A DNA stretch of 64,000 nucleotides from an uncultured Porticoccus sp. Its GTDB lineage: Bacteria; Pseudomonadota; Gammaproteobacteria; Pseudomonadales; Porticoccaceae. Shown here in pieces: positions 22,025 to 32,968 of this stretch. The notes under the pieces are model-generated. The model was not told where the DNA came from and made no database searches. It saw only the letters and a program-made list of their open reading frames with translations. The first letter of the stretch is position 1, and every line of letters starts with the position of its first letter. The DNA is taken from contig CAWURY010000002.1 of the NCBI GenBank assembly GCA_963925605.1, positions 583-64,582 of the forward strand. Reading direction: 5' to 3'. The position numbers and the translations under genes were made by a program.

Positions 22025-22286
22025 AAATCGCACATGTTTATAGAAATACTAAAAAATTTCTGCGATTTTGCATCTATCTTCTTAAAACTATAGGTGCAAT
22101 GACTTAAGTGACGACAAAATGATAATTTAATTTTCTAAAAATCTGCGATTTTACGTAAAATTGCAATGAACAACGCTAAAAATCTAAAAAATTAGACAGT
22201 TACTAAATTTTAATGCAGACTTAGGTCTGGCAAGAAGTAACATTAGTATATTAATGTGTCTCTTCAATAATTTCTGCAGGAAAACC

Positions 22287-22730
22287 ATGACTACCATACT
22301 AGTGCTTCACGGCCCTAACTTAAATTTACTAGGAACTCGAGAACCTGATCTCTACGGGGGGAAAAATCTTGATGCTATTAATCAAGATCTTATGGATATT
22401 TGCACAAAAAAAGACTGCAGCCTGCTAGTCTTTCAAAGCAACTCGGAACATATCCTGATAGAGCGTATACATGCCGCAAAAAAAGAAAGCGCAAAGTTCA
22501 TTATTTTCAATCCTGCAGCGTTTACACATACCAGCATTGCACTCCGAGATGCGCTCCTTGCCATAGATATCCCTTTTATTGAGGTGCATTTATCTAATAT
22601 ATATGCACGCGAAGAATTTAGAAAATCGTCCTATTTTTCCGACATCGCAAAAGGAGTAATTTGTGGCTTTGGTAGTCTGGGTTATGAGTTAGCATTAAAT
22701 GCGGCCCTAATAGAACTGGGTCATCAGTAA
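22287..22730 (+). CDS. aroQ: Type II 3-dehydroquinate dehydratase
   Basis: [34 protein letters not shown]. Confidence 0.96.
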   Translation: MTTILVLHGPNLNLLGTREPDLYGGKNLDAINQDLMDICTKKDCSLLVFQSNSEHILIERIHAAKKESAKFIIFNPAAFTHTSIALRDALLAIDIPFIEVHLSNIYAREEFRKSSYFSDIAKGVICGFGSLGYELALNAALIELGHQ

Positions 22731-22762
22731 CAACTTTTTTTTCCTATTTAGAGCGAGTACAG

Positions 22763-23200
22763 ATGGATATTCGAAAAGTAAAAAAATTAATAGAGCTAAT
22801 AGAAGACTCCGACATTAATGAGCTAGAAATTAAAGAGGCTGAAGGGTCTATTCGCATCAGCCGTGGTGGCCGATTTACGGCCTCACCAGCTAGCTTAGCT
22901 GCACCCATAGTGCCTGAACCTGCAAATATTTCGCATAATGTAGCATCTACTGCCACGACAATTGAAGGGCATGTTGTGAAGTCTCCAATGGTTGGTACTT
23001 TTTATAGCGCATCTGCTCCAGGAGAGCAGGGATTTGTTCAGGAAGGTCAGCGTGTAAATGTTGGTGATGTGCTGTGCATTATTGAAGCCATGAAGATGAT
23101 GAATCAAATTGAAGCTGACAAAGCTGGGACCATTGGCGCAATTATAGCCAAAGATGGTGAGCCAGTTGAGTTTGACCAACCACTTATTTCTATAGTTTAA
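22763..23200 (+). CDS. accB: Biotin carboxyl carrier protein
   Basis: [27 protein letters not shown]. Confidence 0.97.
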   Translation: MDIRKVKKLIELIEDSDINELEIKEAEGSIRISRGGRFTASPASLAAPIVPEPANISHNVASTATTIEGHVVKSPMVGTFYSASAPGEQGFVQEGQRVNVGDVLCIIEAMKMMNQIEADKAGTIGAIIAKDGEPVEFDQPLISIV

Positions 23201-23225
23201 ACCGCAAAGGACAGGAGCAACAGCT

Positions 23226-24572
23226 ATGCTGGAAAAAGTGCTTATTGCCAATCGCGGCGAAATCGCGCTACGGATTCTTAGGTCATGCAAAGAATTAGGA
23301 ATAAAAACTGTTGCAGTCCACTCAAAGGTTGACGCAAATCTTAAGCATGTGTTGCTCGCAGATGAATCTATATGTATTGGTCCGAACTCCTCAACACATA
23401 GCTATCTCAATGTGCCAGCAATCATTAGCGCCATGGAGATCTCAAACGCGCAAGCAGTGCATCCCGGTTATGGATTTCTAGCTGAAAATGCTGATTTTGC
23501 CGAGCAGGTCGAAAAAAGTGGTTTTATTTTTATTGGGCCAACCGCTTCGGTGATTCGCACAATGGGTGATAAGGTTGCCGCTATAAAGACTATGATAAAA
23601 GCAGGGGTCCCCACTGTGCCAGGCTCAAATGGCCCCCTAACTAATGATATCGCTCGTAACAAAAAAATCGGAATTAAGGTCGGCTATCCAGTTATTATTA
23701 AAGCTGCTGCTGGGGGGGGCGGCAGAGGGATGCGTGTCGTTCGTAGCGAAAACGAGCTAATCAAAGCTATACAGTTAACCAAAGCAGAAGCGGAGGCAGC
23801 TTTTGGTGATGGAACTGTCTATATGGAGAAATTTTTAGAAAGTCCACGCCATATAGAAGTCCAAGTACTTGCCGATGGGCAAGGTAATGCTATTCACTTG
23901 GGTGATCGAGACTGCTCTTTGCAGCGCCGCCATCAAAAAGTTTTAGAGGAAGCTCCCGCACCAAACATTCCTGATATTGCACGGAATAATGTCTTAAAGT
24001 CTTGTGTAAATGCTTGCTTGGCAATTGGTTATCGGGGGGCCGGTACATTTGAATTTTTGTATGAAGACGGGCAATTCTTTTTTATAGAAATGAATACACG
24101 AATTCAAGTAGAACATCCTGTGACGGAAATGGTTACTGGTATAGATATTGTTAAAGAACAGCTTCTGATTGCTGGAGGAGAAAAGCTAGGCATAACTCAA
24201 CAGGATGTCAAAATTGCTGGGCATGCTTTTGAGTGCCGAATAAATGCTGAAGATTCCTCTACATTCGTGCCTAGCCCCGGAAAAATTACCTCTTATCATG
24301 CTCCTGGAGGAAACGGGGTCAGAGTGGACTCGCATATATATGCGGGATACACAGTGCCCCCATACTATGACTCCCTCATAGGCAAGATAATTACTTTCGG
24401 CCAAGATCGAAGTTCTGCGCTTTTACGAATGGCGAGCGCGCTAGACGAGCTTCATATTGAAGGCATAAAAACTAACACCGAACTGCAACGAGATCTGGTC
24501 TCTGATCCAGGGTTCCTCAAAGGAAGCGTTAACATCCATTATTTAGAGAAAAAACTAGCGTTGAAGCGCTAG
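23226..24572 (+). CDS. accC: Biotin carboxylase
   Basis: [46 protein letters not shown]. Confidence 0.97.
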   Translation: MLEKVLIANRGEIALRILRSCKELGIKTVAVHSKVDANLKHVLLADESICIGPNSSTHSYLNVPAIISAMEISNAQAVHPGYGFLAENADFAEQVEKSGFIFIGPTASVIRTMGDKVAAIKTMIKAGVPTVPGSNGPLTNDIARNKKIGIKVGYPVIIKAAAGGGGRGMRVVRSENELIKAIQLTKAEAEAAFGDGTVYMEKFLESPRHIEVQVLADGQGNAIHLGDRDCSLQRRHQKVLEEAPAPNIPDIARNNVLKSCVNACLAIGYRGAGTFEFLYEDGQFFFIEMNTRIQVEHPVTEMVTGIDIVKEQLLIAGGEKLGITQQDVKIAGHAFECRINAEDSSTFVPSPGKITSYHAPGGNGVRVDSHIYAGYTVPPYYDSLIGKIITFGQDRSSALLRMASALDELHIEGIKTNTELQRDLVSDPGFLKGSVNIHYLEKKLALKR

Positions 24573-24577
24573 TTTTT
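24549..24577 (+). terminator. Intrinsic terminator overlapping the accC stop
   Basis: AAAACTAGCG-ttgaag-CGCTAGTTTT inverted repeat ending in a T run. Confidence 0.6.
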
Positions 24578-24667
24578 AAAATTCACACTAGTGCATCTGT
24601 CTACTCTCTAACCAAAAATTTTCCAAACTTAAAATATCCTTCTTTTAAAGAGCACACAGGAAACATA

Positions 24668-25555
24668 ATGCCTTGGCTTCAGCTGACAATAAATAGCAAA
24701 AAATCTATGGCGGGACAGCTAGAAGAAGTTCTTACAAATGCCGGAGCTCTCTCGGTTTCATATGAAGACAACGGTGATCAGGCAATACTCGAGCCAGAAA
24801 TTGGCCAGCATCCTTTATGGGACCTCATCAGCATGACTGGACTTTTTGCTGCTTCAGCTAACACCAATCTAATAAGTGGTACCTTAAACCAACAATTAAA
24901 ATTAAAAAAAACAGAATATCAGTGGGAACTGCTTGAAGACAGGGACTGGGAAAGAGAGTCGCTTAAAAATTACCAACCTATCAAATGCGGTCATCGTCTA
25001 TGGATTTGTCCTAGCTGGATCACACCACCGGAGCCAGAGAGCATTAATCTATTGCTTGATCCTGGGCTCGCTTTTGGAACCGGAACGCATCCCACTACAT
25101 TTTTATGTCTGCAGTGGCTAAATGCTGCAAGCCTAGAAGGGAAAACTATTATTGACTATGGTTGCGGCTCAGGAATACTTGCTATTGCATCATTATTGCT
25201 TGGGGCTAAAAATACTACTTGCATAGATATAGACCCGCAAGCATTAATGGCTACCACTGAAAATGCAAAAAGAAACGGCTTGATGTCAAATCTTACCGCC
25301 GTATATTTGCCAGAAGATGCCCCAAATTATCCAGCCGATATTGTAATTGCCAATATATTGTCTGGTCCCCTTATCTCTCTGGCATCACGCCTAGCTTCCT
25401 TGACTAGTCCTGGCGGACTTCTTTGCTTATCAGGGATAATCGAAAACCAAAGCAAGGAAGTCCAAGAAAATTTTTTAACATGGTTCGAGTTTGACCCACC
25501 TGTATATAAGGAAAATTGGGCTTTATTGACTGCAAAAAAACGTGAACTCATGTAG
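24668..25555 (+). CDS. prmA: Ribosomal protein L11 methyltransferase
   Basis: LDPGLAFGTGTHPTT, DYGCGSGILAI, ANIL. Confidence 0.96.
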   Translation: MPWLQLTINSKKSMAGQLEEVLTNAGALSVSYEDNGDQAILEPEIGQHPLWDLISMTGLFAASANTNLISGTLNQQLKLKKTEYQWELLEDRDWERESLKNYQPIKCGHRLWICPSWITPPEPESINLLLDPGLAFGTGTHPTTFLCLQWLNAASLEGKTIIDYGCGSGILAIASLLLGAKNTTCIDIDPQALMATTENAKRNGLMSNLTAVYLPEDAPNYPADIVIANILSGPLISLASRLASLTSPGGLLCLSGIIENQSKEVQENFLTWFEFDPPVYKENWALLTAKKRELM

Positions 25556-25733
25556 CTCGTCAGAGCCGCCTTATAGCTCAGTTATTGACTTAATAAAAAC
25601 AACAAGAACTCCTTTGGAGTTGAAAATTCCAGCCTACTCTTATAATTTTATAATAAACTTTTGGCTAAAATAACCAATTGGTATCATATCGCTCTCCCTA
25701 AAGAAACATTGATACCGAAAGAGGGTACAACAT

Positions 25734-26723
25734 TTGATAAAAATTGGCACTCATACGCTGGAAGGTAAAACTATGTTGGCCCCCATGGCTGGAGTCACTG
25801 ATTTACCATTTCGTAATCTTTGTAGAAAGCTAGGGGCAGGTCTTGCTACTGCAGAAATGATCACTTCCGACGCCAGCCTATGGAACAGCAAAAAGAGCCA
25901 GCAACGCTTGGTGCATAAACAAGAAACCTCCCCAAGATCTATTCAGCTTGCTGGAAGCATTCCAGAAATAATGGCAGATGCAGCGCGCCAAAATGTTAAG
26001 CTGGGCGCAGAAATTATCGACATAAATATGGGTTGTCCGGCAAAAAAAGTATGCAAACGTGCCGCTGGATCAGCATTACTTCAAGATGAGAGTCTAGTTA
26101 AATTAATACTAAAAGCTGTCGTTGCCGCTGTAGACGTGCCTGTTACCCTAAAAATTCGCACCGGCTGGGATAAAGAAAACCGAAATGCTTTGAAAATTGC
26201 ATTAATTGCAGAAGATGCAGGAGTACAAGCATTAGCCATCCATGGTCGTACACGTGCATGTCGTTTTCTAGGGCATGCAGAATTTGATACTATCGCCTCT
26301 GTAGTAGAGGCCTTATCAATACCTGTTTTCGCAAATGGCGATGTACGCACGCCACAAGATGCCAAAAAGGTACTAGACTATACTGGCGCAGCTGCAGTTA
26401 TGATCGGTCGTGCTGCTCAAGGAAATCCTTGGATATTTAGAAAAATTAACTACTACCTTGAACAGGGAAAAACCCCAAAAGAACCCACAAACAGTGAAGT
26501 AGTAGGTATAATCAGCTCCCATATAAAAGCCATTCATAACCACTATGGAGAATATTTGGGGGTTAGAATTGCTCGAAAACACGTAGGTTGGTATGTTAAT
26601 ACTTTATCTGGTTGCCAGAAATTTCGGCATCATTTTTGCCAACTAGAAGAGTCCGGACAACAAATACAAAGCTTGCATGAATTTTTTAACGCAATAACAA
26701 TTACGTGGAATGAGGCAGCATGA
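25734..26723 (+). CDS. dusB: tRNA-dihydrouridine synthase B
   Basis: LAPMAGVTDLPFR, DINMGCPAKKV, HGRTR; upstream of fis. Confidence 0.96.
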   Translation: MIKIGTHTLEGKTMLAPMAGVTDLPFRNLCRKLGAGLATAEMITSDASLWNSKKSQQRLVHKQETSPRSIQLAGSIPEIMADAARQNVKLGAEIIDINMGCPAKKVCKRAAGSALLQDESLVKLILKAVVAAVDVPVTLKIRTGWDKENRNALKIALIAEDAGVQALAIHGRTRACRFLGHAEFDTIASVVEALSIPVFANGDVRTPQDAKKVLDYTGAAAVMIGRAAQGNPWIFRKINYYLEQGKTPKEPTNSEVVGIISSHIKAIHNHYGEYLGVRIARKHVGWYVNTLSGCQKFRHHFCQLEESGQQIQSLHEFFNAITITWNEAA

Positions 26724-27013
26724 GCACCAGCAAAACACTAAAGATGCGGTTAGAAAAAAATTATGGGGACATAAAGGCACATAAGCATGAATCTATAAGC
26801 AAGTGTGTAGAATATGCATTAGAAGGATATTTTCATGACCTGGATGATCAAACTACGCATGATTTATACCATCTAGTTGTTAGCGAAGTGGAGGCTGCGT
26901 TGCTTGAGGTGACGCTAAAACATACTCTACAGAACCAAAGTAAGGCTTCTGAGATGCTTGGGCTCAACCGCGGAACACTAAGAAAGAAACTTAAACAACA
27001 TAACCTTTTGTAG
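26720..27013 (+). CDS. fis: Fis nucleoid protein
   Basis: LYHLVVSEVE..NQSKASEMLGLNRGTLRKKLK; dusB-fis-purH synteny. Confidence 0.94.
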   Translation: MSTSKTLKMRLEKNYGDIKAHKHESISKCVEYALEGYFHDLDDQTTHDLYHLVVSEVEAALLEVTLKHTLQNQSKASEMLGLNRGTLRKKLKQHNLL

Positions 27014-27056
27014 TTAAAATCTGTCTATAGCTAACTATGTTTGCAACATAAAAATT

Positions 27057-28646
27057 ATGAACGAGAATATTATGAGCGACCTGCGTAAAGTTTCACGTGT
27101 TCTTATAAGCGTATCCGATAAAACTGGAATAGTTAAATTTGCCAAATCACTAAGCATGCTGGAAATTGAAATTCTATCTACTGGCGGAACCTATCGCTTG
27201 CTTAAAGAGAATGGGATTAAGGTTCGAGAGGTCTCAGACTACACGGAATTTCCAGAAATGATGGATGGTCGGGTGAAAACACTGCACCCAAAAATTCATG
27301 GCGGCATACTCGGTCGTCGCGGTACTGATGAAGCCGTCATGAGTGCATATGGAATCCTAGAAATTGATATGGTGGTGGTCAACCTCTATCCCTTTGGCGC
27401 CACTATTGCTGATCCAGCCTGTAGCCTGTCTACCGCAATTGAAAACATAGACATCGGTGGTCCAACTATGGTCAGATCTGCAGCAAAAAATCATAAAGAT
27501 GTGACAATAATTGTTAACGCCCAAGACTATAATTTAGTACTAGACGAGATAAATGCCAAAAATGGCTGCACGTGCTATAAGACTCGTTATGACCTAATGG
27601 TAAAAGCCTTTGAACATACAGCCGCCTATGACGGCATGATTGCCAACCATTTTGGTGCTCGCGATATTAATAACGAAAAGTTTAGCTTCCCTAGCACTTT
27701 TAATATGCAATACATAAAAGCCCAAGAAATGCGCTACGGAGAAAACCCACATCAAAATGCAGCATTTTACATAGAGAAGGATACAACTGAAGCCAGCATT
27801 GCAACTGCAAAACAACTACAAGGCAAAGAGCTTTCTTATAACAATATCGCTGATACAGATGCTGCACTGGAGTGCGTCAAGCAATTCGATCAGCCTGCCT
27901 GTGTCATCGTCAAACACGCCAATCCTTGCGGTGTTGCGGTCGCGAAAAATATCAACGCGGCCTATGATATGGCTTTTAGCACCGATCCGGAGTCGGCTTT
28001 TGGTGGAATTATTGCCTTTAATCGAGAGCTCGATGAAAAAACTACTATAGCTATTTGTGATCGTCAATTTGTAGAAGTCATCATAGCGCCAAGTATTTCT
28101 GAAGCAGCCAAACGCATCATAAGTAGTAAGCAAAATGTTCGCCTTTTAGAGTGCGGAGAATGGGGGCAAGAAAGACCTCAATCTTTTGACTTTAAGCGCG
28201 TCAGTGGAGGCCTGCTCATTCAAGACCGAGACAACAAGATGGTTACCCGAGAAGACTTGCGAGTGGTTACCCGACGAAAGCCCACTGAAAAAGAGCTTGA
28301 TGAAATGATTTTTGCCTGGAAGGTCGCAAAAATGGTCAAGTCCAATGCTATAGTTTACACAAAAAATAACCGGACTATTGGAATTGGTGCCGGCCAAATG
28401 AGCCGTATAAATTCGGCGCGAATTGCTGGAATAAAAGCAGAGCATGCAGGTCTTGAAATTAAAGGCTCGGTTATGGCATCTGATGCATTTTTTCCTTTTA
28501 GGGACGGTCTCGATAATGCTGGCAGCGAAGGCATTAGCTGCGTGATTCAACCAGGCGGGTCAATTAGAGACGAAGAGGTTATCACTGCTGCAAATGAGCA
28601 TGGCATGACAATGGTCTTTACCGGGATCAGGCATTTCCGCCACTAA
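27057..28646 (+). CDS. purH: AICAR transformylase/IMP cyclohydrolase
   Basis: [41 protein letters not shown]. Confidence 0.97.
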   Translation: MNENIMSDLRKVSRVLISVSDKTGIVKFAKSLSMLEIEILSTGGTYRLLKENGIKVREVSDYTEFPEMMDGRVKTLHPKIHGGILGRRGTDEAVMSAYGILEIDMVVVNLYPFGATIADPACSLSTAIENIDIGGPTMVRSAAKNHKDVTIIVNAQDYNLVLDEINAKNGCTCYKTRYDLMVKAFEHTAAYDGMIANHFGARDINNEKFSFPSTFNMQYIKAQEMRYGENPHQNAAFYIEKDTTEASIATAKQLQGKELSYNNIADTDAALECVKQFDQPACVIVKHANPCGVAVAKNINAAYDMAFSTDPESAFGGIIAFNRELDEKTTIAICDRQFVEVIIAPSISEAAKRIISSKQNVRLLECGEWGQERPQSFDFKRVSGGLLIQDRDNKMVTREDLRVVTRRKPTEKELDEMIFAWKVAKMVKSNAIVYTKNNRTIGIGAGQMSRINSARIAGIKAEHAGLEIKGSVMASDAFFPFRDGLDNAGSEGISCVIQPGGSIRDEEVITAANEHGMTMVFTGIRHFRH

Positions 28647-28678
28647 GAATAGTCCTTCCTTTGCAGAGAGAGAAATCC

Positions 28679-29962
28679 ATGAATATTTTGATAATTGGTT
28701 CTGGCGGACGAGAGCATGCCTTGGCATGGAAGGTTGCACAAAATCATGCCGTTAAAAAAGTTTTTGTGGCGCCAGGGAATGCCGGTACCCAGTTAGAGCC
28801 AAAAGTAGTCAATTTAACTATAGATCCAAATAACTTCGAAGAGTTAGTTGTTTTTGCCGAAGATAACAAGATAGATTTAACTATCGTAGGCCCAGAGCAA
28901 CCTTTAGTGGATGGTATTGTAGATTTTTTTTTAGACCGAAACTTACCCGTTTTTGGCCCCAGCAAGAGGGCTGCGCAGCTAGAAGGCTCAAAAGCTTTTG
29001 CTAAGGATTTTCTTGCCAGACACAGTATTCCTACTGCCGAATATCAAAAATTTACTACAATAGAGCCGGCTATTGCTTATCTTCATACAAAAAATATGCC
29101 TATTGTAGTGAAGGCTGACGGATTAGCTGCAGGAAAGGGTGTGGTGGTTGCAATGACGCTTGATGAGGCAAAGCAAGCTGTCAATGATATGCTGGCTGGC
29201 AATGCTTTTGGTGAGGCAGGTCACCGAATTGTTATAGAGGAGTTCTTAGCGGGGGAAGAAGTAAGTTTTATTGTTATTGTTGACGGAAAAAATATACTGC
29301 CAATGGCAACCTCACAAGACCATAAGGCCCGAGATAACAACGACAAGGGTCCCAATACTGGGGGCATGGGCGCCTACTCTCCAGCGCCTGTTGTAACAAC
29401 TAACATCCATAATCGTATTATGGAGGAGGTGATCAAGCCAACCGTTTTGGGTATGGCGGCAGAAGGTAACCCTTACACAGGTTTTCTTTATGCTGGGCTA
29501 ATGATCATGTCAGACGGCACGCCCAAGGTAATAGAGTATAATTGTCGTCTTGGTGATCCAGAAACCCAGCCTATCATGATGCGCCTTAAATCAGACCTGG
29601 TTTCCCTGTGCATTGCGGCGCTAAACAAAAAATTAGACCAGCATAGTCTTGAGTGGGACCCCAGGTCAGCGCTTGGTGTTGTACTTGCCGCAGGAGGCTA
29701 TCCTTATGCATATGATACGGGCGATATAATATATGGATTACCAGAAAAATCATCAGGCACGGAAAAAGTGTTTCATGCGGGAACAAAGTGTATTGACGGC
29801 AAGGCAACAACTAATGGCGGCAGGGTGCTTTGTGTAGTTGGTTTAGGGGATAATGTCACTGAGGCACAAAAAAAAGCCTACCATCTCGCTAGCCAGATTT
29901 CCTGGAACAGTATTTTCTTTCGTGATGATATCGGATATCGGGCCATAGACAGAGAGAAATAA
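28679..29962 (+). CDS. purD: Phosphoribosylamine-glycine ligase
   Basis: GSGGREHAL, KADGLAAGKGV, GPNTGGMGAY, RLGDPETQ. Confidence 0.97.
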   Translation: MNILIIGSGGREHALAWKVAQNHAVKKVFVAPGNAGTQLEPKVVNLTIDPNNFEELVVFAEDNKIDLTIVGPEQPLVDGIVDFFLDRNLPVFGPSKRAAQLEGSKAFAKDFLARHSIPTAEYQKFTTIEPAIAYLHTKNMPIVVKADGLAAGKGVVVAMTLDEAKQAVNDMLAGNAFGEAGHRIVIEEFLAGEEVSFIVIVDGKNILPMATSQDHKARDNNDKGPNTGGMGAYSPAPVVTTNIHNRIMEEVIKPTVLGMAAEGNPYTGFLYAGLMIMSDGTPKVIEYNCRLGDPETQPIMMRLKSDLVSLCIAALNKKLDQHSLEWDPRSALGVVLAAGGYPYAYDTGDIIYGLPEKSSGTEKVFHAGTKCIDGKATTNGGRVLCVVGLGDNVTEAQKKAYHLASQISWNSIFFRDDIGYRAIDREK

Positions 29963-29973
29963 TTTTATAGTAT

Positions 29974-30951
29974 CTATTTTATTCGCACACCTGACTTATT
30001 TTTCTGTTCTTGTTTAGATATCCATATATTTATACCTTGAGCATTTAGGCTAAAATCTAGCTCTAATAATTCTTCCATTGCCTTTACGTCTAAGCCCGGC
30101 AGAGCCGAGGAAATTCTAGCTAATGTCATCTCCTTGACTGCAAGTAAAATTTTCTGCTCCCTATCCGGTTCATGGTAAAGCGAATGGGCAATTTCTCGAT
30201 AGCATTCAATCTGCTCGCGCAGCAAATCAGCTTTTTTTTCTGGCTCCTCAATAACGCTGTAGTGGGTTAGGAAAAATTTTTTGGGGTCGTAGCTCATCAA
30301 CAGCTCTATGGAATTTAACAATCTATCTGGGTCAAACTGCACTGGCGATGTGGTCGGTATAATGAATCGATCTAAGCCGCTCGCCATTGATGCATATGAA
30401 ATCCCAAATGTATCTCCGGAAAACCATCCCTGGCTCACCTGATCCCAGATACAGAAATGATGTTCTGCATGACCAGGAGTGTGACGAAACTCTAGAACCC
30501 TATTTTCCAAATAAAGCTTTTCTCCATCCTCGATGATCAAGACCCGATCCGCAGAGACTGGGATAATTTCTCCATAAAATTGGGTAAATTTTTCTTCCCC
30601 ATACACCGCTTTTGACCCCTCAATCAGCTTGTCTGGATTAATCATGTGTCGCGCACCTCTAGGGTGAATAGCTAGCTGTGCATTAGGATATCTTTCCATT
30701 AATACACCAGCTCCTCCCGCATGATCTAGATGCACATGAGTTGGAATAATATACCGAACTGCTTCAATTCCGAATCTTAGTGATATCAGCGCCTCATTAA
30801 TTGCCTCTGCTGTACGAGCTGTTCCCGTTTCTATTATGGCGACTTGGTCGCCTTCGATCATTAAATAGCAGCATGCGTTACCTGGACAGATGTATCGGGC
30901 ATCAATGCCATAAATTCCATTGCCCAGATTTACATGTTTGTTAGCTTTCAT
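29974..30951 (-). CDS. MBL-fold metallo-hydrolase
   Basis: THVHLDHAGG, TPGHA.HH, SGDTFG, LTHY. Confidence 0.88.
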   Translation of the reverse strand: MKANKHVNLGNGIYGIDARYICPGNACCYLMIEGDQVAIIETGTARTAEAINEALISLRFGIEAVRYIIPTHVHLDHAGGAGVLMERYPNAQLAIHPRGARHMINPDKLIEGSKAVYGEEKFTQFYGEIIPVSADRVLIIEDGEKLYLENRVLEFRHTPGHAEHHFCIWDQVSQGWFSGDTFGISYASMASGLDRFIIPTTSPVQFDPDRLLNSIELLMSYDPKKFFLTHYSVIEEPEKKADLLREQIECYREIAHSLYHEPDREQKILLAVKEMTLARISSALPGLDVKAMEELLELDFSLNAQGINIWISKQEQKNKSGVRIK

Positions 30952-31024
30952 TTTTCATACCCAACTATATGATTTATAATTTTGCTATAATACCTTGCCT
31001 TTACATAGTAATTTGGAAGCATCA

Positions 31025-31669
31025 ATGAACTCAAGACGACTTTCATCCATTGATGGTTTTTTAGCTCAAGTGGACTTGGCTCTAAAAACCATAACATCCG
31101 ACAACCCTGTCCATAATCGACCCTCTCCAGCAAAAAACACTTCTGAAGAAATGCTAACCAGCGAAGAAAAACGCCAATCTGCAGCATTAATGCGAGTCAA
31201 CCATGCTGGAGAAGTTTGCGCTCAGGCTCTATATCAAGGTCAGGCCCTAACAGCAAAACTCACTACTGTTCGACATGAGATGGAGCATGCAGCAAATGAA
31301 GAGGTGGACCACCTAGCTTGGTGTCGAGAACGTGTGGTTCAGCTTGGAGAGCAGCCCAGCATACTAAACCCTCTATGGTATGCTATGTCTTTTGGTCTTG
31401 GCGCCATAACTGGTCTTGTTAGCGACAAGCTTAGTTTAGGGTTTGTTGCAGCCACAGAACATCAGGTTTGCGAGCATCTAAGCACTCACCTGAAAAAGTT
31501 ACCCTCTAATGACACCAAGAGTCGGGCAATTGTTGAGAAAATGCTCGAAGATGAGGCCCGGCACGCGGATTCGGCCTTAAAGGCTGGAGGGGTAGTTTTC
31601 CCCTCGCCGGCTAAATCAATTATGACCACTGCATCTAAAGCTATGACAAAAATTAGCTATTTTATCTAA
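31025..31669 (+). CDS. coq7: Di-iron demethoxyubiquinone hydroxylase
   Basis: [39 protein letters not shown]. Confidence 0.94.
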   Translation: MNSRRLSSIDGFLAQVDLALKTITSDNPVHNRPSPAKNTSEEMLTSEEKRQSAALMRVNHAGEVCAQALYQGQALTAKLTTVRHEMEHAANEEVDHLAWCRERVVQLGEQPSILNPLWYAMSFGLGAITGLVSDKLSLGFVAATEHQVCEHLSTHLKKLPSNDTKSRAIVEKMLEDEARHADSALKAGGVVFPSPAKSIMTTASKAMTKISYFI

Positions 31670-31690
31670 GGGTCTAAGTTTTTTCTTACG

Positions 31691-32644
31691 TTATTTATGG
31701 GTTAACGGCTGCCTGACTACTTCTACAATTTTCTGCTTAACCCATTCATGTACTGGAGACTTAACGGTCCTAGTATGCTGCACCAGCACTATTGACACAC
31801 CGCCATCAAAGTCTAATTCTGCTGGGTAGGGCTTACGAACAATTCCATAACTAGTACCTTCTATTTTTAAATCACGAGTGGTCCCCATCATCAAGCAATC
31901 TGTTGCCCTCAAGACATTTAAAGCAGTCATGAGCTGGTCAGTCACCATTGCTTTTTTTCGCTTCTTGTCTAGCGTTTGCAGTTGTGAGTCAAGACGTGTT
32001 GGTTGGCCTGTATCGCCAGATTGTGATCGAAGTAAGGCATACTGAACAAAGGGATAACTTAACATTTCATTCAACTTAAGCCGCTTTTTCTTTGCCAAGG
32101 GGTGTGAAGCATTCATCCATACAGCTGGCACAAAAGTCCCTAGAGGTGTCTCGTGATAGTCTTCAGTATATGGGTGTGAAATTTCAATAGCGAAATCCAA
32201 CTCACCTTTTTCTAGGCCTGACGTCTTGGTGTAATAGTTCTCGCCCACCAAATGGATGGTCATTAGCGGGGCTTCCTTGACTAGCTTTTGAATTAAGACT
32301 GGCATCACTTGAACGGCAATAAATTCAGCAGCCATAATAAATATCTCTCCCTCAAAAATAAGGGGATCAAAATCTTCTTTTAACATCATGGTTGCTATAG
32401 CTGACAAAACTACTGGCAGTTGTTTTTTTAATTCGACCGCCCTTGGGGTAGGAGACAGCCCTCGCCCAGCTCTAATAAACAAAGGGTCATTAAATGTTGT
32501 TCGCAAACGCTGTAATGTTTTACTCATAGCCGGCTGTGTAATAAATAGCCTCTCGGCCGCCCTGGTCACACTTTCTTCTTCCAAAAGCCTTTGCAATGCA
32601 ACTAATAAATTAAGGTCTATACGAGATAACAGCTTTGCATCCAA
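31691..32644 (-). CDS. LysR-family regulator (NodD/LeuO/YidZ-like N-terminus)
   Basis: DLNLLVAL..LLEE.SVTRAAERLFITQPAMSKTLQRLR..FNDPLF HTH; GGAG Shine-Dalgarno before the TTG start. Confidence 0.92.
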   Translation of the reverse strand: MDAKLLSRIDLNLLVALQRLLEEESVTRAAERLFITQPAMSKTLQRLRTTFNDPLFIRAGRGLSPTPRAVELKKQLPVVLSAIATMMLKEDFDPLIFEGEIFIMAAEFIAVQVMPVLIQKLVKEAPLMTIHLVGENYYTKTSGLEKGELDFAIEISHPYTEDYHETPLGTFVPAVWMNASHPLAKKKRLKLNEMLSYPFVQYALLRSQSGDTGQPTRLDSQLQTLDKKRKKAMVTDQLMTALNVLRATDCLMMGTTRDLKIEGTSYGIVRKPYPAELDFDGGVSIVLVQHTRTVKSPVHEWVKQKIVEVVRQPLTHK

Positions 32645-32722
32645 AATTATACTCCAACTTAAATAATGCTATTCATTACATATTATCATTGGCGGTCTGC
32701 TTGAAGATAGCCCTGTCCTCAA

Positions 32723-32745
32723 ATACATAATTAAAAGTTATGTAT
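32723..32745. promoter_or_regulatory. Probable LysR recognition site
   Basis: Perfect inverted repeat ATACATAA-N7-TTATGTAT containing T-N11-A, centred about 66 bp upstream of the predicted + strand TSS. Confidence 0.7.
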
Positions 32746-32764
32746 AGTATAAAATATAAACACT

Positions 32765-32793
32765 TTAAGCATGGATAACTAGTGCTGTATATT
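32765..32793 (+). promoter_or_regulatory. Sigma70-like promoter for the candidate sRNA
   Basis: TTAAGC (-35) - 17 bp - TATATT (-10). Confidence 0.55.
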
Positions 32794-32799
32794 TAACAC

Positions 32800-32913
32800 A
32801 TAAATGAATTAATTTTTGAATCGCCGCCCAGGACTGATTGCACCAAATTAATCATTTTGTTTGTTCTTCTCCCTCAATATCCTTTTATAGGCAGCGTAAG
32901 CTGCCTTTTTTTT
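32800..32913 (+). ncRNA. Candidate trans-acting small RNA (~110 nt)
   Basis: Promoter and terminator bracket a region with no ORF (ATG AAT TAA only). 5' stem AATGAATTAATTT/AAATTAATCATT, followed by single-stranded TTGTTCTTCTCCCTCAATATCCTTTT. Confidence 0.6.
32889..32913 (+). terminator. Intrinsic terminator (+ strand)
   Basis: AGGCAGC-GTAA-GCTGCCT followed by a T run. GNRA loop; U-tract present only for a + strand transcript. Confidence 0.85.
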
Positions 32914-32968
32914 AATTGCTAATTCTTGACAATCAGAATTTCGGATCGGAGAAAATTATAGGAATTGC

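Noticed and set aside
23712-23719. G8 tract in accC as a phase-variation site
   Set aside because: It encodes the conserved GGGG loop of an essential enzyme, and the frame is intact.
25567-25590. GCCTTATAGCTCAGTT resembles the 5' end of a tRNA
   Set aside because: No GG D-loop, anticodon arm, TTCGA T-loop or matching acceptor stem follows.
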